This document shows positions 21,582 to 31,667 of a DNA stretch of 64,000 bases, piece after piece (the stretch's first letter is position 1; every line of letters starts with the position of its first letter). Source of the stretch: Nitrosopumilus sp. (GTDB lineage Archaea > Thermoproteota > Nitrososphaeria > Nitrososphaerales > Nitrosopumilaceae). The notes beneath the pieces were generated by a model. It saw only the letters and a program-made list of their open reading frames with translations. It had not been told where the DNA came from and did not search any database. The stretch is taken from assembly GCA_965218695.1 (NCBI GenBank), contig OZ244651.1, positions 1,216,001-1,280,000 on the forward strand. The letters are read 5' to 3'. Made by a program: the position numbers and the translations under genes.

Positions 21582-22881
21582 CAGTAGTCGGAAATTTACC
21601 CTCTAAGCCATCCAACAGATGTTCGCAGACGTGTTAACATTTTTCGAGCATACGGATCTATTATCTACGGCGTCCTTGCCCACCCTAGTGTTTGCGCAAA
21701 AAGGTGGGCAGGTACACCGTAACAAGATCGGAGAAAGGATGCTTAATACCTTGTCAGGAATACTGTGGTCTGCACCCATAGGATTCCCTACTGGGAACAA
21801 TGCCCAATACGGGGTGGGCGAGTTTGCAGCCATACTGATGAAGATGTCTGAATCCAACATAGCCTCCGAGGAGGCAATCAGGCTGCTCAAGCATGCCAAA
21901 AAGAAGATGCCGTCACCCAAGTGGTTTCGCAACATGGTAAACTCGCTAGAATCAGACGGTGCAGACGAACTCTGCAGGGACATGCTCACACGCACCGCAA
22001 GGCTTGCCAAGAATACGTGCCGGTACAAGGGAGGCGTACTGGTGGCAATAGACAAGCACCTGATACCAAGGCACGACAAGGACAACATGTCACACCTGAT
22101 ATGGTCCAAACCAAAGGGCGGTACAGGCAGGTTCGAGTGCTATGCGACAATGCACGTGGTAGCAGAGCAGGTTCCGGCCATTTTGGAGTGCATGCAGGTC
22201 ACGCGCAGCGTGGACAACGCCGATTTTGTGCGTAAATTCATGCAAAAACTCAGGGATTACAGGATACGGGCCCGGCTGCTGCTGATGGACCGCGAGTTTT
22301 ACTCGACTGAGATAATCAGGCTTGTATCCGAACAAAGGCGCAAGTTCCTGATGCCGGCAGTCAAGAACGTGGGGATGAAGAGGGCGATACGGGAGCACCA
22401 CGATAAATCACGCAGGGCAGTCTCACGGTACACCCTCAGAAACGCAGCAGGCCAGTCTGTTACATTCACGTTGATAATCACGCCCTCAAAAAAGATAGAC
22501 GATCCTGATGCCGATGCCACGGAAAGATACCATGTCTTTGCCACCAACCTTTCCCCTGCCAGGGCGCTAGACGAGATTGAGACGCTTCCAGAGGAGTACA
22601 GGAGAAGGTGGGGGATAGAGACAGGATACAAGCAGGTAGAGCAGGTGCGTCCGAGGACGACAAGCCGCAATGCGTCGTTTAGGGCAATCATGTTTTACGT
22701 CTCGCTGTTCATGTACAACACGTGGGCAGTGGAGCAGTACCGTGCGGATTCGAGTTATGATCGGGTGACTCTGGCGCTTGTCGCATATGCTGCGGCCATG
22801 GCTGCATTGGAATTATGTAGGATTGTGGGTCAACCGTATGATGTCGGGGGACCTGCCTAAGGGGTAAATTTCCGACTACTG
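21582..22881 (+). mobile_element. ISH3-family element (transposase 21619-22860)
   Basis: 22-bp perfect IR CAGTAGTCGGAAATTTACCCCT; 5-bp TSD ATATT; AIDKH, LMDREF, YRRRWGIETGY. Confidence 0.95.
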
Positions 22882-23020
22882 ATATTGGTTAATGAGTTAA
22901 TAAGAAGCATTCTTGGTTTTTTTGGGGCATGTTGCTTGTGTTGCGGAGCGATCTACCGAATTTTCCACGTAGATGCTCTACCGGTAACTTCCCAGAGCCA
23001 GTTTTTCAGCAATTTTAGAT

Positions 23021-23227
23021 ATGAAGTATTCTAAACCACGAATAATTGGTCTTAAACAACTAATCAAAAAGAAAAAACAACTCGTAGAAAATAAACTAAA
23101 AAAATCAAAGGACTCTCTGTCGTTTTTGAACAGCACCCAAAGAAAAAATTCCATACAAAACGAAAATTATTGAATCTGAAATCCAAATCAAATCGTTGAC
23201 TCAAACTCCTTGAAATTCTCAATTGAA
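23021..23227 (+). pseudogene. Decayed AT-rich Lys-rich ORF
   Basis: MKYSKPRIIGLKQLIKKKKQ.. stops after 50 aa; protein-like text continues in shifted frames around A-runs. Confidence 0.3.
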
Positions 23228-23418
23228 GTTATAGCCAAACAAAATACATCAGAACTAACCTCAGTACCAAAAAACGAAATAACTAATTTGTCCTTAATTT
23301 TGGAATAATTATTGCTGCAATTGTTATTGCAATTCCTGCATACAATGCTAATGACCATACTAACCAATATGGATCATTTGCTGCCGCATCAACTGGCAGA
23401 TGGTAAATCTGGTAGCTA

Positions 23419-24513
23419 TAGTGGCGATCAAAAGTTCCTGCAAAATAATTCGGCTTTTCTGTTAAGGAATTTGAACAAATCCAGATTGAATCTTGCAGTT
23501 CGATAATACTGGGAGACGGCACTGTGCATGTCCAAGAAGGTTTTGTAGTATTCTGAGACAAGCAGGTTCCGTTTTCCTTGGTGCCAGCATTCTTCCACGG
23601 CGTTGAGATACGGCGAGCCTTTTGGCAGGTATATGATCTTGATGTTCTTGTTCTCGCGCAGCAGCGTCCGGACGGCTTTTGCGCGGTGCGGGGACGCCCT
23701 GTCCACCATGACGGCCACCTTCCCAAAATGCCTCTGCAGGGCCTTGAGGTACGCAACAAATGTGGGCGCGTTAAACCCGCTGGCAGTCCTGAAGAACTGC
23801 CTGCCATCGGTCGTGACTGAACCGTACACGGCGATTCTTTTGTGGCTTCCCGTATATGGCACGGTTATTGGCACCCCCACGGGGGACCAATACTTGCGAC
23901 CCGATTTTACGTCGTGTATGAAGAACGCCTCGTCTTCCACGACTGGGACAAAACCGTCTTTTTCTAGGCGTGAAATTCTCTTTTTGAGGCGATATTGCCA
24001 GCTTTTTACGGCCGTTTTGGTGGCCCTGTTGATGTGGATCCTTTGCGACCCCTTGGGAGACAGGCCGTATTTTTGCATGATTTTCCTGATGTTCGTCCTG
24101 TGCATCTTTGTTCCCGTTTCCCTGTGTATGACCTGCTGCAGTTCGGCAGGAGTGGTCTTGAACCGGTCCACTACCTTGTCCAGTATGCCGTCCATCGCTT
24201 CCGGCGAAATCTTGGGCGGCCTGCCGGATCTGGGAAGATCCCGGAGGCCTTCGAGGCCTCCTTCCTCGTATCTGCGCATCCAGCGGTATACCCACCGGTC
24301 AGCCTGCAAGAGAATGTCTGCGGCATCGCTTATGCTCATCTTGCGCACGTGTACCATGTGCACTGCAAGCATTCTGACACGCACCCTGCCGTCTTTTTCC
24401 TTTTTGTACGCCTTTTCGAGTTCTTCCTGTTTTGTTTCGTCCATGCTGCGTTCAAGGACCACGGATCTACATAGTTTTCGGGCAGAATTTGTCAAAACTT
24501 TTGCGCGTCACTA
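23419..24513 (-). mobile_element. IS630-family element copy A (transposase 24444-23428)
   Basis: Ends TAGTGGCG.. / ..CGTCACTA, TA duplication in a CTAG target; DDE motifs. Confidence 0.95.
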
Positions 24514-24548
24514 TAGTTCCCTCTCCATGTCTAACCACATTGTAAATA

Positions 24549-26899
24549 TACCAAAAGTGAAAAGTTGATGCGATTGTCACATATTTTACCACATCTAAAG
24601 TTATACCAATTTCACGTCCCACAGTCAATGAAGATCAAGACGATGTTGAAAAGATACGCCGCTGAGACAGACTGCGATACCAAGGACCGCATGATGCTGA
24701 TCATCAGAGTCAAACGTGATGGAATAACCATGAGGGATTCTGCAAAATCCCTGGGAAAGTCAGCCTCGTGGGGCTACAAGTGGCACGAGCGCTACCTGGA
24801 AGTCGGATTTGACAGGCTGGGAAACATGCCGCGCTCCGGCAGGCCGACCAAGGCGAGCAAGGCAGACATGAAGAAGATCAGAAAGGCCGCATGCAGGAAA
24901 CCTGTCTGGACTGGCATGGAGATGCAGCAATACATCCAACAGAAGACCGGAGTGAAGTACGAACTCGGATATGTGCGCCAGATACTGCGCGGGTGGGGCT
25001 ATTCCCAAAAGGTTCCCGTAGGAAAACATGCAAGAAGGGCGCCTGACGAGGAGATCAGGAAATTCCAAAAAGAGATGCCAGAGCTTATAAAAAAAAGAAC
25101 AGTGAAGGAACAGTCGTAGCGATACAGGACGAGTCCATAGTAATCTCCGATGCGCGGCCGCGAAGACGCGGCTACACCAGGAAGGGAATACGGGCGTTTT
25201 TCACGTACACCGGCTCACACTCCAAGACGATAATCCATGGACTAATCACCACGGACGGCAGGGGCATGTTCCGGCAGTACGATGCGTTTACCAAGGACAC
25301 CTTTGAGGACTTTCTAAGGCAGGCGATGTACAGGTTCAAGAAGATCTGCCTGATCATGGACAAGGCCTCCCAGCACAGGGCATCAAACATACGCAAACTG
25401 CTTGATGGCACAGACGGCCTGGAGATAATCTTCCTGCCAACTGCGACCCCGGACCTGAGCGCCATAGAGACGTACTGGAGGGATCTCAAACGGGCAGTGC
25501 TTGACGTGCCGTACACCAGCCTGAGCATGCTCCGCGAGGCGATCACCAGGTACGCGAGGTACAAAAAACCAAATCTGGTAGTCGAGAATTTTCTGTACAG
25601 GGCCATCTATAGTGACGCGCAAAAGTTTTGACAAATTCTGCCCGAAAACTATGTAGATCCGTGGTCCTTGAACGCAGCATGGACGAAACAAAACAGGAAG
25701 AACTCGAAAAGGCGTACAAAAAGGAAAAAGACGGCAGGGTGCGTGTCAGAATGCTTGCAGTGCACATGGTACACGTGCGCAAGATGAGCATAAGCGATGC
25801 CGCAGACATTCTCTTGCAGGCTGACCGGTGGGTATACCGCTGGATGCGCAGATACGAGGAAGGAGGCCTCGAAGGCCTCCGGGATCTTCCCAGATCCGGC
25901 AGGCCGCCCAAGATTTCGCCGGAAGCGATGGACGGCATACTGGACAAGGTAGTGGACCGGTTCAAGACCACTCCTGCCGAACTGCAGCAGGTCATACACA
26001 GGGAAACGGGAACAAAGATGCACAGGACGAACATCAGGAAAATCATGCAAAAATACGGCCTGTCTCCCAAGGGGTCGCAAAGGATCCACATCAACAGGGC
26101 CACCAAAACGGCCGTAAAAAGCTGGCAATATCGCCTCAAAAAGAGAATTTCACGCCTAGAAAAAGACGGTTTTGTCCCAGTCGTGGAAGACGAGGCGTTC
26201 TTCATACACGACGTAAAATCTGGCCGCAAGTATTGGTCCCCCGTGGGGGTGCCAATAACCGTGCCATACACTGGAAGCCACAAAAGAATCGCCGTGTACG
26301 GTTCAGTCACGACCGATGGCAGGCAGTTCTTCAGGACTGCCAGCGGGTTTAACGCGCCCACATTTGTTGCGTACCTCAAGGCCCTGCAGAGGCATTTTGG
26401 GAAGGTGGCCGTCATGGTGGACAGGGCGTCCCCGCACCGCGCAAAAGCCGTCCGGACGCTGCTGCGCGAGAACAAGAACATCAAGATCATATACCTGCCA
26501 AAAGGCTCGCCGTATCTCAACGCCGTGGAAGAATGCTGGCACCAAGGAAAACGGAACCTGCTTGTCTCAGAATACTACAAAACCTTCTTGGACATGCACA
26601 GTGCCGTCTCCCAGTATTATCGAACTGCAAGATTCAATCTGGATTTGTTCAAATTCCTTAACAGAAAAGCCGAATTATTTTGCAGGAACTTTTGATCGCC
26701 ACTATAGAACGACATCAAACCACACCGGATCCACGCCGCCTAGCGTGTGCCATGCACGGCGCATCAGAGCATGCAATGTCTAATGTTCGGGGCGTCTTTT
26801 CTCGTCATTTGGGAATTCAACGCACCTCGTAATTTCCAGAGATGGATGTCGCATCAAAAATTTATGAGCGATTTTGATATGAATTTTTCATTGCTGGTA
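24549..26899 (+). mobile_element. IS630-family element C with frameshift-split transposase (~24628-25610), carrying nested copy B
   Basis: IR TACCAAAAGTGAAAAGTT / TACCAGCAATGAAAAATT; TA duplication; A8 at 25089-25096 joins the HTH ORF to the -1 frame IQDES..MDKASQH..PDLSAIE. Confidence 0.88.
25610..26704 (+). mobile_element. IS630-family element copy B (transposase 25679-26695), inverted near-identical copy of A
   Basis: Same 1095-bp length and identical protein to A; inserted at the TA of element C's TAG stop codon. Confidence 0.95.
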
Positions 26900-27142
26900 T
26901 ATGCTCAAACGGAAATGGGTTGTTGATAAATGGAAAGGTTGGCAGGTATGAAAATAGATTTGCTATGCCAAATAAGCAAAGACACGACCCTGCCATAAAA
27001 AATTTAATCAACAATTATTCAATCCTTAATAAAAAATAAAAGGATTACTCCGCTAAATTCCTCTCCAAATCACATCCGATTCTCTAAGCATATTCCTGCT
27101 TCAGAACAGTTCTGCAGGTGGACGGAACCTGTTGACAGCGTA

Positions 27143-27502
27143 TTGACTGATGTTGGGGTGCTATTCTGGGTATGGTGCCTACAAATTCCTGATAGAATCC
27201 CCGCGTGCTGGAAACAGGACCGAAAACTGCCTGACACCGCAGGTGGCGTGTACAAAGGACACTGGTCTCACATCCAGCGTCTTTATAGTAATCCGGCTGT
27301 GAGGATCCTGTATATGGGCGGCTCAAAGAACATCCGGGATGGTCTGGTAAGGCGACTGGTGGATCCGTGCACCCGTGATGCCTCAGGATTTAGGCATGTG
27401 CTGGCACCGGACTACCTGTTCTGGGAGTGCCACGACGGCCGCTTTCCACCGTGCATGGGGCAGCAGCGACGGATGCGGTGCAAAGAGGATCGGTATGGCT
27501 AG
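27143..27502 (+). pseudogene. Possible degenerate GIY-YIG-like small protein
   Basis: LPDTAGGVY...RILYMGGSKNIR and C-terminal HDGRFPPCM pattern; spacing looks disturbed. Confidence 0.4.
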
Positions 27503-28151
27503 ATTGGATGCACAACAGGCAACCCTGGCACTTTACGGCATGATAGTGCGGCCCGGAACAACGCTTTGCCGCATATCGGCTAATCCAGACATGTACCTTG
27601 TGCCGTCCGTGGCGGTGTTTGCAGCCACAGTTGCCATGACCGTGCTGCTCCCCTCGAGCTACGATGTGACGCCGTTCATCGAATATACATGGGATGGCAC
27701 GCTATACCGCTTGATTATCGGCTCCGTACTGGGAATGCTGCCTATTATGGGAATCTTTTGGATTGGAAGAAGGTGGGGCGGAAACCGTAGTTTTCGGAGG
27801 GCGTTTCCGGCATTGGCGTACTGCTTGGTCCCTAACATGCTGGGAATCCTGACGGCCGCGGCAGCGGGAGGCCTATACAGCCTCGCAGTTCCAGAGACTG
27901 TCCTTTCTGATGGATTGAAACTGACGTCTGGATACGGCATATCCTTCCTCGCGATCCAGCCTGCTATCTGGTTATTCTTTATCGGGTGGGCGTTCCTGCT
28001 ACAGGCAAAAGCGATCCAGATACTAAACGGATTCGGATACGCCAGAACTGCAGCGGTCTTGGTGCTGGCGATACTGATCATATATGCGGGGAATCTGACT
28101 CACGGCATCGTTACGATAGCCATCCAAGAGCTCGTGCTTAACCTATGGTGA
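27495..28151 (+). CDS. Yip1-family multi-pass membrane protein
   Basis: MIVRPGTTLCRI, WIGRRWGGNRSFRRAFPALAYCLVP, about 5 TM segments. Confidence 0.75.
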   Translation: MARLDAQQATLALYGMIVRPGTTLCRISANPDMYLVPSVAVFAATVAMTVLLPSSYDVTPFIEYTWDGTLYRLIIGSVLGMLPIMGIFWIGRRWGGNRSFRRAFPALAYCLVPNMLGILTAAAAGGLYSLAVPETVLSDGLKLTSGYGISFLAIQPAIWLFFIGWAFLLQAKAIQILNGFGYARTAAVLVLAILIIYAGNLTHGIVTIAIQELVLNLW

Positions 28152-28341
28152 TGCGAAAAGACCCTTTCAAATTGAACCGGCCAAACCAAAACTATGGCGA
28201 TTCAGTCGCCCAGCGCTTCAGAGCCCCGGAGCCGCCATGGCATGCAATGACTGCAACCCTGCAGGATCCAGATGCCGGAATTGGACAAAGTTCCGCAAAA
28301 ATACAAAAAGAAATATACATTTCAAAAAAGCCCGTTTTGGA

Positions 28342-28653
28342 ATGGACGAGTCCTTTGACCGGGAAAAGGTGGTTAACTGCATGTTTGATCCCGTGACATC
28401 ATCAATCATTGCAGAGCTTGAGGACGGGGCAAAAGAGTGCGGCGTTCTAGCAGAGCACGCGTCTGTCCCAGAATCAGAGGTACTTGACAGGCTCTCATAC
28501 CTGATTGCCCACGGGTTCATAAACGAGGAGTCAGACGGCGGCAAACGCATCCTCTCTGCGGACACCGAAAAACTCACCGGCATAATAGAGGACGGCGACA
28601 ACTTTGATGGGGCCATAAGCGGCCTTGAAAAGATGGACAGCTACCTAAACTGA
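28342..28653 (+). CDS. Small winged-HTH-like protein
   Basis: FDPVTSSIIAEL..LAEHASVPESEVLDRLSYLIAHGFI (ArsR-like spacing). Confidence 0.65.
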   Translation: MDESFDREKVVNCMFDPVTSSIIAELEDGAKECGVLAEHASVPESEVLDRLSYLIAHGFINEESDGGKRILSADTEKLTGIIEDGDNFDGAISGLEKMDSYLN

Positions 28654-29151
28654 TCTCCTCTTCCAGAGGGTGTATGCGCCTCCCCCGAGAAGCCCCGCCA
28701 TGCCTGCAAGCAGCACATACACTGACACGAACCCAAGGGCCTTCTTGCCTGCATCCGGAAGCGGCCCTATGGCGCCAAACACGTGCGTCTGCACGCTGTT
28801 GGTCCCGTCCACCACCAGCCTGTATTCCCCGTCGCCTGTCACGTCAAACTCCATCTCGAGGGACTCGCCGCCGATCTCTTCTGAGACAATCTCGGAGCCG
28901 TGCGGGTCAATCACCCTTGCATGAAACACGCCGTCCTGAAACTCCATTATCTGTAGCGCAAAGATCCCCCTCTGCCCGTCTTCCGGGTCAAACTCGCCGC
29001 GCACGATCAGGGGCTCCCCGATACTGACGTCTGCCTCGCCCTGAATGACCCCGTCCAACACTATCTGGTTTCCCACGGTTATGAGCACCAGTCCTGCTAT
29101 GATTGCCATTCCAGAGCCCACTAGCACGATGCCGGATTTGTGCACGATCAT
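28645..29151 (-). CDS. Hypothetical membrane protein (N- and C-terminal TM)
   Basis: Two hydrophobic segments flanking an acidic beta-rich domain. Confidence 0.75.
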   Translation of the reverse strand: MIVHKSGIVLVGSGMAIIAGLVLITVGNQIVLDGVIQGEADVSIGEPLIVRGEFDPEDGQRGIFALQIMEFQDGVFHARVIDPHGSEIVSEEIGGESLEMEFDVTGDGEYRLVVDGTNSVQTHVFGAIGPLPDAGKKALGFVSVYVLLAGMAGLLGGGAYTLWKRRSV

Positions 29152-29170
29152 TCCTGGCGCTCCTTTGGTT

Positions 29171-29224
29171 TAAACCTAGTTTTACAAAAAGTTAGCCTAG
29201 TCTAAGAAAATTAGCTTGTGTTAA
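29171..29224. promoter_or_regulatory. Tandem DtxR/MntR-like operator boxes
   Basis: TTAGCCTAGTCTAA (29192-29205) plus weaker copies TAAACCTAGTTTTA (29171) and TTAGCTTGTGTTAA (29211), in the divergent promoter of the MCO-ZIP operon. Confidence 0.6.
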
Positions 29225-29256
29225 ATTTAAATAAAGAATTTGCCTCCAATACTGTG

Positions 29257-30324
29257 ATGCGCCGCTCCACTGCCATGATGCTGTCGCTGGTTGTGATTGC
29301 AGGGATTGCCACAGCGACACTGCTCCCGATGATCGGCGAGGCAAGTACGGCGCAGAAGACGTTTGTGACCCACCAGGGCGCAGTGATCAGGACGACCGGG
29401 GATATTCTGGATCCGGTCTACACCGTCTCCACCGTGGAGTTTGACCCAGACGAGTTCCTGCGCAACTTTGAGTACGGGGATGTCTCCGTGTCTGCAGACG
29501 GGCAGACGGTCAGGGAGTACACCATAGTGGCCCGCGATGATCAGATCCAGGAGATCTCCCCCGGCGTCTTTTACAACGTGTGGACGTTTAACGGAACCGT
29601 GCCGGGTCCGACGATAAGGGCCACTGAGGGCGATCTCGTGCGGATCAACTTTATCAATAATGGTTCCCGGGAACACACCATACACTTTCACGGAATCCAT
29701 CCAAGTGCGATGGACGGCGTCTTTGAGATCGTGGGGCGGGGCGGAGGACAGTTCACCTACGAGTTTGAGGCAGGCCCCGTCGGGGTCCATCCGTACCACT
29801 GCCATGTGATGCCGCTGGAGGAGCACATCATACACGGCCTGTACGGCGTGTTCATAGTGGATCCCAAGGAGCCAAGGGAGCCTGCAGACGAGATGGTGAT
29901 GGTGCTAAACGGCATGGACACTGACTTTGACGGCGAGAACAACTTTTATGCTGCAAACACCATCCCGTTCTACTATCAGCACCACCCAATCCAGATCGAT
30001 GCAGGCCAGCTGATCCGGGTGTATGTGGTAAATATGGTTGAGTTTGATCCGATAAACAACTTCCACCTGCACGGAAACCTGTACCGCTACTACCCCACCG
30101 GAACCGACACCGTCCCGTCGTTTTACACCGACATGATAACGCTGTCGCAGACTGAGCGGGGGATAATGGAGTTTGAGTACGACTTTCCGGGGCCGTACCT
30201 GTTTCACGCACACAAGGTAGAGTTCTCCGAGAAGGGCTGGGTGGGGATCTTTCTTGTAAGGGACGGCTCAGATGGGGAGGATGTTGCTCCTCCCGACTTC
30301 CAGGAGAAGACCTATGAAACCTAG
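29257..30324 (+). CDS. Two-domain multicopper oxidase (type C-like), membrane-anchored or secreted
   Basis: HTIHFH and YHCH..H..GL (T1 site in domain 1); NFHLH and FHAH without Cys in domain 2. Confidence 0.9.
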   Translation: MRRSTAMMLSLVVIAGIATATLLPMIGEASTAQKTFVTHQGAVIRTTGDILDPVYTVSTVEFDPDEFLRNFEYGDVSVSADGQTVREYTIVARDDQIQEISPGVFYNVWTFNGTVPGPTIRATEGDLVRINFINNGSREHTIHFHGIHPSAMDGVFEIVGRGGGQFTYEFEAGPVGVHPYHCHVMPLEEHIIHGLYGVFIVDPKEPREPADEMVMVLNGMDTDFDGENNFYAANTIPFYYQHHPIQIDAGQLIRVYVVNMVEFDPINNFHLHGNLYRYYPTGTDTVPSFYTDMITLSQTERGIMEFEYDFPGPYLFHAHKVEFSEKGWVGIFLVRDGSDGEDVAPPDFQEKTYET

Positions 30325-31489
30325 CAGCTCCCGGACGCGGCTGGTTGCAAGCGGCGTGATTCCGTTTGGCCTGGTTGTCGTGCTGGTGGCATACGTGGCA
30401 GGCTTCGGGCCGGATCTGCTGGAACTGGGGGTGTCCCTTCCGGAGGTAACGATCGAGAAGGTTGACTTTGTAGACTCTGAGATACAGGCAACCGTCAGAA
30501 ACACCGGGCCGATGCCGGTACAGGTCGTGATGGCCGACGTAAACGACCGAATCCATCCTGCCGCCGTGGAGCCTGACGGTTACCTGGAACGGTACGAGAC
30601 GGCGCTGGTACGGATTCCGTTTGAGTGGAATGCAGCAGAGCCGTACGTGATAGGAGTCACCACAAGCGACGGCACCAGGTTCCAAAAGGAGATAGAGGCG
30701 GCGGCTCCGGCACTGGAGCCTACTGCGGACCTTGTGGTGCTTTTTGGCGTGATTGGAACCTTTGTCGGAATAATACCTGTGATGATAGGACTGATGTGGC
30801 TCCCGTTCATACGGCGGATCTCAAGGGAGAAGTACCTCTTCTTTCTGGCACTCACGGTGGGACTCTTGCTGTTTCTGGCCCTTGACTCCGTGGAGGAGGC
30901 CCTTGACGTATCCGCCGGTGGTGGCCTGGCAGGGACATTCAACGGAACGATGCTAGTGGCCACCGTCGTGACCCTGTCGTTTCTGGGACTGTACTACTCC
31001 GGGGAGCGCCTTGCCCGGAGGGCAGACTCCTCGGGGCTTGCAAAGCCTGCCGCAGTGGCGCTGATGATATCGATTGGAATCGGCCTGCACAACTTTGGCG
31101 AGGGGCTTGCGATCGGCGCTGCCGTGGGACTCGGTTCTGCGGCGTTTGGCGCGTTTCTTGTTGTGGGGTTTGCACTGCACAATACCACCGAGGGGATTGC
31201 AATTGCCGCCCCGCTCTCGCAGGGAAGGCCGACCATCCTAAAGCTGGCCACGTTGGGAATGATTGCCGGGTCCCCTGCAATCCTTGGCGCGTGGGCAGGA
31301 GGCTTTGCTTACTCCCCGTTTGCCTCGGTGATATTTCTTTCAGTCGGGGCAGGCGCGATACTGCAGGTGATCGTGGTCCTGATGAGGTGGATTGGCCGCG
31401 ACGGCAGCCACAGGATCTCAAGTGCCCCAGTGGTCTCCGGCGTTGCAGTGGGGATGCTGGTGATGTACCTTACAAGCATACTGGTCTGA
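30314..31489 (+). CDS. ZIP-family metal transporter with extracellular N-terminal domain
   Basis: IGLHNFGEG, ALHNTTEG; overlaps the MCO stop. Confidence 0.9.
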   Translation: MKPSSSRTRLVASGVIPFGLVVVLVAYVAGFGPDLLELGVSLPEVTIEKVDFVDSEIQATVRNTGPMPVQVVMADVNDRIHPAAVEPDGYLERYETALVRIPFEWNAAEPYVIGVTTSDGTRFQKEIEAAAPALEPTADLVVLFGVIGTFVGIIPVMIGLMWLPFIRRISREKYLFFLALTVGLLLFLALDSVEEALDVSAGGGLAGTFNGTMLVATVVTLSFLGLYYSGERLARRADSSGLAKPAAVALMISIGIGLHNFGEGLAIGAAVGLGSAAFGAFLVVGFALHNTTEGIAIAAPLSQGRPTILKLATLGMIAGSPAILGAWAGGFAYSPFASVIFLSVGAGAILQVIVVLMRWIGRDGSHRISSAPVVSGVAVGMLVMYLTSILV

Positions 31490-31530
31490 TCATCTGGCCC
31501 GAGAGCAGAACAGTTACCCGGTCTGGGATT

Positions 31531-31580
31531 GCACCGGCAGCCGGGACGGTCTGCCGCCGCACCGGCCGGGACGGTCTGCC
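31531..31580. repeat. Short imperfect tandem duplication
   Basis: GCACCGG..CCGGGACGGTCTGCC occurs twice. Confidence 0.6.
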
Positions 31581-31667
31581 ATCCGACCTCCGTCTGCGGA
31601 CCATACAGATTGTCCGTCTTCGGCGTGGGCATTATATTTATAATAACTGTCATGCCATGAATCACTG

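Larger units (their letters stand above)
23283..27014 (-). pseudogene. 93-aa two-TM membrane protein split in three (27014-26900, 24546-24514, 23416-23283)
   Basis: Removing IS630 elements and one TA each gives 282 nt in frame: ..FFMAGSCLCLFGIANLF..PFEH|IYNVVRHGEGT|SYQIYH..WLVWSLALYAGIAITIAAIIIPKLRTN*. Confidence 0.8.

Noticed and set aside
23419-26704. Composite transposon formed by inverted IS630 copies A and B
   Set aside because: Each copy has its own reconstructable target site, and the outer flanks do not join into a continuous sequence
12433-27014. IS elements acting as self-splicing introns that restore the split genes
   Set aside because: No group I/II intron or BHB features seen at the junctions; TSDs would leave frameshifts; nested insertions fit plain inactivation
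29257-30324. Nitrite reductase nirK
   Set aside because: Domain 2 has HLH and HAH motifs of a trinuclear-site oxidase, the axial residue is Leu, and the context is metal transport
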